Shown here: positions 1 to 12,000 of the stretch, one piece after another
Layout of the letters: every line of letters begins with the position of its first letter
Position numbering within the stretch: the stretch's first letter is position 1
Assembly: GCA_963924565.1 (NCBI GenBank)
Contig: OZ004607.1
Span: forward strand, 15,500,001-15,564,000
Length of the DNA stretch: 64,000 nucleotides
From: Ascidiella aspersa
Lineage: Eukaryota
Direction: 5' to 3'
Notes under the pieces: model-generated
What the model was told of the DNA's origin: nothing
Database searches by the model: none
The model's input: only the letters and a program-made list of their open reading frames with translations
Translations under genes and position numbers: made by a program

Positions 1-3000
1 TTCTTCACAAAAATCCGAGTGTACGTCCTTCGTTCGACGCGTTTGGCGACTCGAGTCACTACTGCTGATTAGCGTTGTGCTGCCTTGTGGCTGCTTCACA
101 CCAAAAGCGTACGAGAAACGCGGAGTTCGCGACTGCTCACTGCAGGCGCTCTTTTCACCGTCCAAGTTAAGCTTTGAGCGCGCAGCCAAAAACTCTGACA
201 CTGGAAGTTTCGTTGCATTGACGAAAATTGTTTGCGAACGTCGCAATGGTCGTGCTAAAACAACACAAAATATTGTTTAACTTGGCTGCAGAGTTTCAGT
301 TTGATTAGCTATTAAGTTTAAATTCGATTTAAATGATATTTTCTATGGACCGACAAAATATACTAAATATAGCAAGATATTGGTATTTCGGGGTGTGTGC
401 TTTTTAGCAAAAAGATAAAAAGAAAACTAAAAATGCGCATTTGGTGCTATTGATTTTTAACAAATTTACGATTTGAGTAAAATTAATCAATACACTTACA
501 TTTGACCGGGCTAATAGACGTTTTCTTTTTTCGGTGCTTTGATTTCAGTAACGTCCGCCAAAGTGTTGGCTTCTTTTTGTTATCCTGTTTGCAAAATTAA
601 AATTTTAGGAATTAATCCAACTGCTTACTGCTCATTATATTGCTATGTTGTCTTTTTATTTATTACTTTTTCTTGAACGTCGTCTAAATAAGCGCCTGAC
701 AAAACCTATATATCTCAAATGGATTCACCTGTATGCTTGATTTACTTTCTGACGAGTCTGACGATATCGACTCGAGTAAAATTCCGGCATCATTTCGAGC
801 TAGTTGATTTTCTTGATCGCACAACTTCGACACAATGTGATCATTGTGACGAGCTAAATTTAAAGCGGTCAGTCCTGTCGCCTGTTGGACCTTGCGGAGA
901 TCATCCCCGCTTATTGTCGGTAACGGTTGCTCCGTTTCCGGACCGACAACGGTGTCAACGGCAGACCATGCCACTTCACGAGCTTTTTGCTCCTTTAAAT
1001 AGCTTTGACCAACGTTGGATTTCTCACAAACATTTTTATTATCCTCAACTACCGGACTTTTCTGCGTGCGACTTTTTAATATGTTTTCCTGCGAGAATTC
1101 GCAATTTGAGCTGAGTGACCTGAAAATAATCGTAAAAATTAATTTCTTAAACTTTTACGTTTGGCAGAACAAACTTTACAAATTGTAACATAAAGGTTAA
1201 GCAATTAATTTATAAACTGATAGAATTAGTTACGTTACATCTAAATCGCTCAAGTGTGCCTACAATTTAATTACTTGAATTTTTTCCGAATATACAAACT
1301 GACATGTTTTGAGTTTCCGAGTATAAAACGGTTTCTGAGCCAAGATGGTGGCGTGAAGCAGAAAGCGATTGTGCGGTGTCATATCTTAGGTCGTCGGAAA
1401 AATTCCAGGAAGAATTAAGTCCGCGGTCGAATGTCGACTCCGAGTAAACTGTTTCTTCATCGTAATCTCTTTCAGTGTGACGTTGCACAAACACGGATAG
1501 TCGTTTCGATATTTTTTCTAGTTTTGCATTTCCTTCAACAGCTGACATAGTTTTGCTTCTGTAGAAAACAAAAGCAAAGTCAAAACACAATACAACCAAA
1601 CTGAAAACATAATACTTACATAGATTTCACGATACTTTCGTGATCATCAGTTTGATCATTTAAATGATCCATCTCTTCGTCTATGAGATACGATGCTCGA
1701 ATGCACAACTCTTGCACTTGAAGTTCAGCCTGTGAAATAAGTGATGTAACCCTAATTGACATGTTAAGACTGGAACAAAAACAAGTCACATACAAACGTT
1801 AAGTATAGAATTTATGGCAACCGTACAACTAACAAGTTACCTCCGACAATGCAACATCGCCTGTTAGTTCGAAATCGTCGTATGTTTTAGCATAGAGCAT
1901 TTCTTTTTTACGCAAGTTTGGAACTCCAAATCCGTCTTCTATAAAACCGGAAGTAGTGCCAGTGGATGATATGCCGCTATCAAAGCCCATTTTTCTCTTT
2001 TCTAAACTAGAATGTTTGAAACTCTTTCGGTCGCTAATTGTGCGCAATGATTCGCGACTTGTTGACTGCTGATCCCCGGTGGAAACTGTATCAGAACTCC
2101 GTTTCATAAGAAACCCAGGTATTCTGCCGCAGAACACACTCGGTAAAATCAATTTAGATAATTTGTGCATTTCTTGTTTAACTGCCCGCCACATGTCGAT
2201 AAACGATATTTGCTGACCAAGGTCGTGTTGAAATTGATCCTTTGCATTTCGCCAAGGTTCGGATGAAAGAGATCCACCTTTGGAAATTTGCCAGGCGAGT
2301 GATGATCCATGTTGCAAGTAAGATTTGTACTTTTTATTAGAATTACCATTATCGGTCGTTTTAGAAGTTGAAATTTGTCTTTGATAGACTTTAACGAGAA
2401 GGGCTCGCATGATGACCCTCATAGCAAAAAACACAAAGCAGAAGTAAAAGATGCACAAAGCGGCTCCCACACGACTTCCAGCAGAATTCGTATTGCTTAT
2501 AAAAGTGGATCTTAATCCCAACGACCTTCCAGTAGTTTCTTGGAATGACCTTGCCATTGATGAGCGGTAAAACATGTTTGACCCAAAAAAAAGGTAGCCG
2601 AGCGCGGCCAACATAAACAGCAATACCACGAAGACTAGGTATATAACAGTAGCTTCTGATTTCACTGAGCCAAACATAACCGCCATACCACGGGTGAATT
2701 TGCTATTTGAGCCGTGCCAAGTTACCACAAAGTTAATGCACTGAATGACCAGCAAAACTGTCCAAGCGGCCATAAAATGGCGGGAGATTGTTTCGTTGGT
2801 AATAATAGCGTCAAGATACTCTGGGTAGTTGCTTCCAAGGTGCCCGTTGCTGGTAAAATAATCGGCCGAACGTAACAGGCTTGATCGCAATACTGTAGAC
2901 GCAACTAAGTAGCATACCACCACTGACCACATAAGCAGGTCCAATATTGACATGAAAAAATTGCTGGGTAGAACTAAGCGTTCTCGCAATTCTTTATGAT

Positions 3001-6000
3001 TTTCAGGTGATGACGCATTTCGCTCAATAAGCGAAACAACGTACCGAACAGAAGACCAAGCTACCCAAATGACAAGTAACACCTGACAAAATGCGAGCAT
3101 ATTGCGTTGATTGTTGTCGCCGGCGGTTAAATTCACAGATCGAAATTGGAGCCAACTGCGAGGCTGCTCGGTTCCATATCTGAACTCCAATACACCGACA
3201 ACGGTCGTATAGTGTTTTGTAACTGTGTTATAAGTAAGCAACTGCATTCGTATTGCATCAGGTTCAGTGGTGAATAGATTGTCGTTATTAAACTTGTCCG
3301 GTTGAAACAGATTAAACTCGTATTTCTTTTTGACTTGGTAAACTTTTCCAGATTGTTTATTTGTAAAACTGTCACCCAACGAAACGTTGCCAATGCTACA
3401 TTCAGTAAGATTTAATATTTTAATCATTCTTGCTGAATGAGTGCTGCATTTGTCTTCTACACGTTTGTGCAAGTTCGTAATTTGAACGGTTCCAAGAAGT
3501 AGTGTGTTTTCGCTTCTTTGAATGCGACTGGATACGTTTTCAAACTGTCTTTCATTTTCATTCGACATAAGGAACCTTTTGCACCAAATTCGCCAATTTC
3601 GAAGCGTTCTAATATCGCTAAAACCAGAAACGCTGGAGTTTTTTGAGCAGTTTGTAGAGAGAAAATTCTTGCCGGCAATACATACACCACTTTCGAAGAG
3701 CTGTCGAAAATGAGCTCTATGCTGACTGGCTTCCTTGCTCCAGGCGTTTTGTGTGGCAGTAATAACAGCAAGTGTCAAGGCCAGGTAAAGAAGTTGCAAC
3801 CAGGAAAAAAGTGCACATTTTGCCGCCGCATATCGCCTCAGTTTCTTCGAAAGTTTTTGCAGTGGATTTTGCTTGATTTTCCATTTACCTTTGTCGTTAT
3901 ATGGAGGTGCGATGTTGCGCAAATACCGCATTCTTCTTCGTTCGGACAACCTTTTTGTAATCTCAGAGCTGCTTATTTCATCCTCTTCGTGTTGTCCAAA
4001 TAAAGAATAATGGTCTAAAATGGAAAAAAAATTCGAGTGCAAAAGTAGTGTTAAGCACGCCGATGTGCCTATTTATTTCAACAACGAAGTCTATGGTAAA
4101 CAACAATAGTATAAGGTGTTAGATACCTAGACATATTATTTGTGCGTTTCGTAATCGTCAAATTGGGGAATTTATGTGAGTAAAAAGCGTGTTTTTATGT
4201 CATTGATATAAGTGTAAATAAAATGGGAAATATGTTAATTAACTTACCACGGTGCTTGTACGCGTAATCGTCCACTGGCGCAGCGTCGACAGTAGGAAAG
4301 AGTTGCTCCAAGGTTTGAGTAGCATCCTGGCGCATCACAACGTTGCGCATAGTGGCAATCAGCGCAGAACAAAGGACAAACAGAATCTCGACTACCACTG
4401 CAGACCAGAAGATTGCAAAGCACGCGGTTTCGAGCCAGCGGTCGAAATCTGAGTCGATTAGGTACTTTGTCGCTCCATAAACGGTACACATGACGCTGAT
4501 CATAGCAATGATCATGTAATACGCCCAGGCAATGTAGCTGCATTGACGAGGCAGGGGTGCTGTGTTGATTGGCACGATAGGGTTGAGTTTTTCGCATGGG
4601 ACCAGCTCAGGTCCGTCCATGGCAAAAAATGAAGGATTATCCACGAGTTCGTCGACATATTCGTTATTGGCGCTGTAACAGAGATTTCTTTTATTTGTAA
4701 ACCGTACAACTTTTAAAAATCACATTTGTTACATGAAACTATATATGGGCTATAAAATGGCCTTACAATTTATTAGAAGAGAAGAAAAGGCAAAACCGAT
4801 ATTTATATATTTAAAGGCAAATACCTATTAAAGGATGCACCATCTTGCTTTTGAATTTCTTCTCGTTCAGGTTCGCTAAACGAAACGAATGATTTATTCG
4901 TTTGTAAGTTCGAGTTAGGTGGCGACGACCTGTCACTCAACACTTGCAATGAGTCGTAACGATGATCTGGACCTATATAAAGTTACATCATTGAAACGTT
5001 GCTTTACTTATTGCATTTTTAAAATAAAACGATTGAAAGAATGACAGCACAATCTTCTGAAATGCTATCCTATAATACCCACAACATACTTCTGGTATGA
5101 GTTACATTAGTGGAGTCAGTGGAACCACTAAATGGTGTCCCCATACATCTCGCTATTTCCTCATTGTATAAACTTCCGTCAGATTTTAAACTGATCACGC
5201 TTCCAGGAAGGAAAGTGGAAATTTCGTGGTGGCCAGGTTTGTTGAAAGTGCCGTTTTCTGTCTCCACGTCCATTTCTTTGCACTGGAGCCACTCGGTAAC
5301 GAACTTGTTTGGTGTTTCGTTGATGATGTCGTCAAGCTCAATAAAGTTATGCATTACCGTGGCAGTTTTTCGTAGATTTCCTGAAAGAAATAGATTTCCT
5401 GATAACTACTGATCGAAGTAGGATCCACATAATACTCAAACAAGGAAAATAGCCTAACAATTACCTGGTGGTGTGTCGTTGTATTGGTCGTTACCGGATT
5501 TGTTCATTGGTAAATCGCCATAAAAATTTGCAAAAGGAGAATGAGTACTGTTACTCGTGCTGTCTTCCATGACTACCGAGATTCGATCATCACGTTTTGT
5601 GTACCTGTAATAATGTTTGTATAGTATAAATGTAATAATAACACAACTAATATACTACCGACGAACGACAAGAGTTAAATTGTAGCTTCGCTATGGCGTA
5701 CCTGAATATTAACTGTGCTGGAATAAGGAAAACGGTGGCACACACTGCGATAATAAAGCCCCAAGCAACATTTTCGCCAGTAAAACAAGAAACTCCTAAG
5801 AACAATCTCTTGATTATTTGTATGACAGGGAAAAACAATAATTAACTGGTTATTTTACTTACCATAGCCGTACTCATTCGACTCCGTCATAATCGTCTTG
5901 ACAGAAGCTAAAGCCATGACAACGATGCATAAAGTCATGGCGTGGGCTATTCTCTGCGCACGACTTAATATTCCCCACCTTGCACATGCAAAAATTGAAA

Positions 6001-9000
6001 TGGTGCTGCGGGAAATACATCACTGATTGTTAAAAAAATATAAAAAAAAAACTTACTTTATTAGTTTCTTAAAGTTTCCAATTTATAACCATTATTATAT
6101 TAGTTTATTGGTTTCCAATATAATATTACAACGCAAGCTAACCTGTGATAATCAAGTATCATATTTTTGCCACGAATCGCCATTTGACGTACAAAAGACG
6201 GTTTGCATTCCATCGGCCACAGGTTCCTGCTGATCCGGTTGGCGCCCCTGTCCAGGGCTAACCAAGAATCACACGGAAAGAACCACCTATTACCGTTCGT
6301 GACGTCACGAATGATGACGTAGTCGAGAAACCATCGTGGACAAGGTCCAGTGTGGCTATGCCATATCGACATCTTTCTGGGAGAGCCGAAGTTTTCGGGA
6401 AAGGTGACAATAAAGGTTTTGATGGAACCTGGATAGAGGATCACAATTCGATTTGACTCAAAGTAAAAATCGACACTGTATTAGCAAAAACACACGTTAA
6501 CAAACCTGTTTCAAAGACGAATGTTCCATTTTGCGTAACAGTCATTGATTCCATGTCGTAATCAGATGGAACCCTTAGCTCCCTGGCCTCGTACTTCTTC
6601 TCTGAACCATATATTACCATGTGAACTAAAGAAGAGGTTCCACTTCCCGGCCAATTTCCAGTGTGAAATGTAATTTCAAATATCTATAAAAAATAGGTTC
6701 GGCAAACGAGAAAATTAGCCTAATTGCACAATTGTAACTCGTTCGCCAAGTAATACAATTTATACATGTGGTTGTGACCCTATACCTGATTGTGATCGGG
6801 TTTGTTGTCCTTATGTATAATTGGCACCCTGCCACTTGCACCTCGATCGTCAGCCCCGAAAGTCCTTCGCATCCAGCTTCCGAGGCCAACAGCTTTTGGC
6901 TCACCAGTAACATCATCCACCTCCGGGAAGCTTCCGCTTCGCCGCAAAAGAAAGCGATGGATGCAAAAAAAGCAGCAGAAGGAACAAATAACAAAGACCA
7001 GAACCTATATTATACACATTTCATTCATTATTGCAACGGTCAGATGCATTGCAAATGTTGCGAATCGAATGTCGTTATTTTAACAAACATTTGAAAATGC
7101 CTTTTTTATGTTGTGACCGAAAATACGCGGAGATCATCACACTATATATATATAAATGGTTTAATATAAGTCCGTACCACTAAAGTAGGAGTAAGGGCTG
7201 ATGCTTTTGCGACTAGAAATGCTTCTTTTGAAATAAAAGTTGTCTTTAATCTTTGAAACGAGCTGGTAAAGGTTGAAAGATGTGTTACCGAACATACGGT
7301 TTGCTCAAATCTTGATTCGTTTAGCACCTGAAGTCACGTAACAACAGTTGATTAAAATGTTCGCGCTACCTACAGATGAACACCAAGAAGATTACTAACC
7401 TCGCAACCGGCGGTACTCCAAGTGTTCGCCTCAGATTGCCAGTAGAAGCAGTCAGAGTTCCAAATTTTTAACGTGTAGGGTATATTGGGTGCTAACGAGC
7501 GATGTCTGAAGTAAGTTTTGCCGATTTTGTGATCGAATAAAGTAACATAGAATATCCCGGGTCCCAGTAAGTATCCAGGTGATAACATAAACTTGACAGA
7601 TTGCGTTGTTCCTGCAAATGAAGGGATGCTAAAATTGTAAAGACACCGTCAGTATAGACTCTAGTTCAAACGCATTTTGTTAGCATATCGGTTAGGACAA
7701 GGCCTTTACATAAAAAATTATTTTCGTAACAGTTTACAATCCTGAAAAATATATTTTTAAACGATTTAGCAAGTTCGTACTCCGGTTAAATTATACGATA
7801 ATTGAAAGTACTTTTTGTTTAAAAAAAACGTTTCGAAAAAAAACTGTTAGAGATATAAAGTCTTACCAGATTTGAGAACACTGCGGCTGCTTTGTTTTGG
7901 TATTGTAGCCAATTTGATAATTACTGTGTCGTTTAAAGGGTCTTTAGTCGACAAAGGGTGATCTGTTAAAGCCACAGCAATTTCAAATGGCCTACAGAAA
8001 CAAAAAAGTTGTAACCCCTGAATAAATGACAAAGTTGTACAAGTAGCGTAATGTTTACCACAAACCTGTTGAAGGAATTATCTACCGAAAGAAGAATATG
8101 TAGTGTCATGTTTTCCACTTCGTTGAATTTAAATTCATGCTGCGATAGTCTGTCTTGTGCAACAGTGTAGGAACCGTCAACGGAATTATTGGTTTGCTAA
8201 ATCAGAGTCAAATGTTACTATAAGATGATTAACAACATTTAGATAAAAAAATTACCGAGATTGGTCTTTGCGGTAAGCGTATCGTGATGGGCTCTGTCAA
8301 GTGACTAACATTAACCACCGAGGTACGTTCATTCATCATCCACAGAGAAAGAGCACTGGAGTCCATCTAAGTCAAAATATCACCATAATACAAGTTTCGC
8401 TGTTTTCAGGTTTTACTGAAAAATGGTTAATCCACACTTACTTGAATTGAGTTCTTCGCCTGGTAAAAAATATTTTTATTCATAAATGCAATTGAAGATT
8501 GAAACAATGTTGTAGTATTTTTGCTTAAGTAAAGACTAAGACTTGATGAGGGAAATTGCATCTCTGCCTTTGGAAAAGAATCTGACAAAACATACAATTA
8601 ATATATTAACAAATCCATTAAACTTATGTCATCTTATGAAAGGTTTAACAAAAATCTTACCTTTCTCTATTATTAGCGAACTTTTTGCTCGTTGAACCAA
8701 TATTTGAATTCCAACTGCGGTAATAGTACAAGATCCAAAATACAGGCTGCGGTATTTTACGACATCTGAAAAGAATTAAATTAATTATATTAATACCCGT
8801 ACCTGTAGAGGACTCGGCACGAGTAGGTATTCAATATCACTATAACGATTGCAGACGAGAGGTCGAAAGATAACAATTTACTAACCAAAATAGAAATCAC
8901 GCAAATCCCTCTCGATCAAACCAATGTGATTTAGAGAATCTTTTATACTTCGACGCGAGCGTAACTCAGATCGTGTAGCAGGCTGTCGCGAAGAGAGTAT

Positions 9001-12000
9001 AGCATTTAAAGCACATAACGAATGTTTGACAATTTCTTCTGCTTCTTTCAAGATCTCCATTTCACCACCTAAGACCAGTTTTATCGTATAATTATAAACT
9101 ATAAATCTAAACTGCTTTTTCAAGTTATGTAGAACCTGTTTTAACACAGTAAATCTTACCTAGTGCTGACAGTTGTTTGTTGACCGATTCCTCAAAATAT
9201 TTGTGCCTGATTTTTTGCTCTCTCGCACCAGTTGCCATTTGCCTGCTAACTACCAGAGTTCGAGTCAAAATATCTGAGGTTTGAGTTAGGGTCATGCTCA
9301 ACATAAATTCGCTATAAGTTAGGACGCGCGAAAGCGTCTCAATTAAATCGTGGGTTGCTCTCAGTCGCGCGCAGCACTTGTATTTCGCCAGCGCTTCCAC
9401 CAATCCTTTCGTTATGATTTGTATTTGTTTACCGACGAAATCGTGTTTTGTCATCATGTTGTTCACTTCGGATACCTAAAATAAAAACAAAACTGTCCAA
9501 TATTGGTCTATTTACTAAACGTAACAATTGCTGGACCTAAACTGTGTAAACACGTGTTGATTTGTACCCGAGGGATTAGGTCGTTCATAATCAATGGACA
9601 ATTATAACGACCCTCGCATTGAAAGCATACACAGCTATACCCACAATGGTTTGGTTTTTGGTACAAACAAATTGATTCAAATGCAAGAACAACACAAATA
9701 ACCGCTATACCTCATGAACAGTGGCGTATCCAGGGGGGGTTGGGGGTTCGGACCCCCCCCCCCCTTTTCGTAAGTGACAATATCGTTTTTTGATCGTTTT
9801 TGTCAGCGTTTAAACTCACCATCCGAAGCTGCGTGTTTTTCAATGTAATTGGGTCAAGCGTCTTAAGCTAATGCGAAACCAAAATCAAACGCAAAACGCC
9901 GTTTGTTGTTTGGTCGACCGTAAACGCAGGATATTTTTTCTTTCGCATTTCCTTATTCGTTCAGGTTGGCTGATTAGCAAGTGTGTGTTCGACAATTAAC
10001 AACAATAAATCAAGCGGTCTCCGCCTTTTTCTCGCTTATAACGTCGAGTTAGGCGGTGCTGATGTTTCCCGCAGTTTGCCATTTCATATACTTTTCGACT
10101 ATTTTAACTACGTAAGTGCGAAAAATTTTCGCGCTTCGCGCGAATGACTTTTACACGTCCGTTTTGTTTACATTTTAATGCTGTCTTTTGAACAGCGCTG
10201 CTTTACCGTTGCGCCGTGGAGGGCTGCCAAGTGCGTCGCGGACAAATGCCAAGTGCGTCGCGGACAAAACGTATTCAAAAATATTGGACATATTTTTTAT
10301 TTTTTAGTTTCGGCAATGTGATAAAACTTGCAATAAATTTAAAAGAAATGCCGTTATACCAAAAAAAATCGCGCTCGCTTCGCTCGCCAGGTCTGCCCTC
10401 TCTTAAAAAGGTTAACATCAATGATTTTACAACTATTTAAGTGGCGTTTTTATGTTGTGCTAGTCGAATAACACCCGGGAAAACTATCTTCGTTTAGTAT
10501 TGCAGGTGGCGAAAGACGTGCTTGTAATTTAGCGTGGTCCCGTACATGGATCTACCAAAATCAATCATATATACTTATCGGTCTTGTTTTCGATTTACTC
10601 CTGAAGTTAACGATTGTACACTAAGCGGTATCATTTATGACGTTATCACAATCGCTATTTTACGACGTCATATCCGTCACTATTTTATGACGTCATTAAC
10701 GTGACGAAAAAGCGGGGAATTCCCCAAGTTGAAAATTCGGGACCCCCCTTTTTAAATTTCTGGATACGCCCCTGCTTATGCATGCTGACAGTATTGCGAC
10801 AAAGTATTTATTATACCTTTAAGCGTTTAAGAGGATAACTAATAAACTTAATTTAATTTCTTTTTTGCAGTAATGTACGTTCTTTATCATACCGATGGCA
10901 TGGAATCAAGTATCATGTTCACGAAATTCAATATGGCGTTGTCGTCTCCTTCAACCATTAAAAGTTGCAACTTACTTTTCTTTCCAACAGTTTGCTCATA
11001 TCTGAATTTCAAAAGTTGCATAGTGTTGTATGAAAGCACATCAATTAAACTGCATAACAGTCTTAACTCATATCACAACTTACGCAAAATTCAATTCCAA
11101 AGAAAGCCCTTCGCTTCTTGAAGCATTTGCACCACTAGTAAAATTCATTGGGATTACACAGACTTTCGTGATTGCACCAAGGTTGTTGACAAGTGAAACG
11201 TGAACAAATACTGCCAAGTAAAACAAATTAAAAAATAATTACACGTGATCAGGCCCTTAAATATCTGAAGTATTTCAAACACAGAAAGTTACGTTTTAAA
11301 GAAACTATACCTCCATTTTTTGAAACAGGCAAAGTGAATGAGCGTTCGTTATGAGAGCCGAAGTAAATCGGCCTTGTTTCGCCATCTTTTCCTAAGCTGT
11401 AGCGAATGTCGTACTTCAGCATTGCTTGCTGCAGATTAAAAATTAATACATTTTACAAAGTGAAGTAAACCTCTATAAACTTAAAAGACTTTATTGTTTG
11501 TCTGTCTCACCTGCGTGACAACGGTGTCGATAAGTTTGTTTTGGATGTTTTTCCATTGGACACAATGGAAGCGAAACTGTTGGTTGCCCTCTTTCACCAC
11601 GCTGCACCAACCCATGCTGGGGCCTCTATTGGCACGCAAGTAAAATGTTCTACTTCCGTGCTTTATCACGTTATGCTTGCCTGCAATGCCAAATAGAAAA
11701 AAAGTCATCAGTTGCTGCAAAAAATGAGTAAACCTGTACAAATGACAGTTGTTAAATTGAATTATTCCTCCTATGGGTTTTACTTCTTCAGAAAACCAAC
11801 TAAAATATCGGTAAATTCGATTTTTGAGCGAAGGTTACCAGATGTTTGAGTTCAGGTGGTCTCATAAGGCAAGGCTGTGACCCTTTTAAATTTATCAAAA
11901 CTTTTTATTTGAAAGTTTTAGTTCAGTTAAATAGACAGTAAAGTTCCAATTTTTGATAACAATTTTGTTAATTGTTACCTGTATAATGAGTAGCTTCTGC

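Noticed and set aside
684-686. Stop codon as the definitive end of the polycystin gene
   Set aside because: An in-phase donor at 729 and two more open, in-phase exons continue to the window edge; kept only as a possible short isoform.
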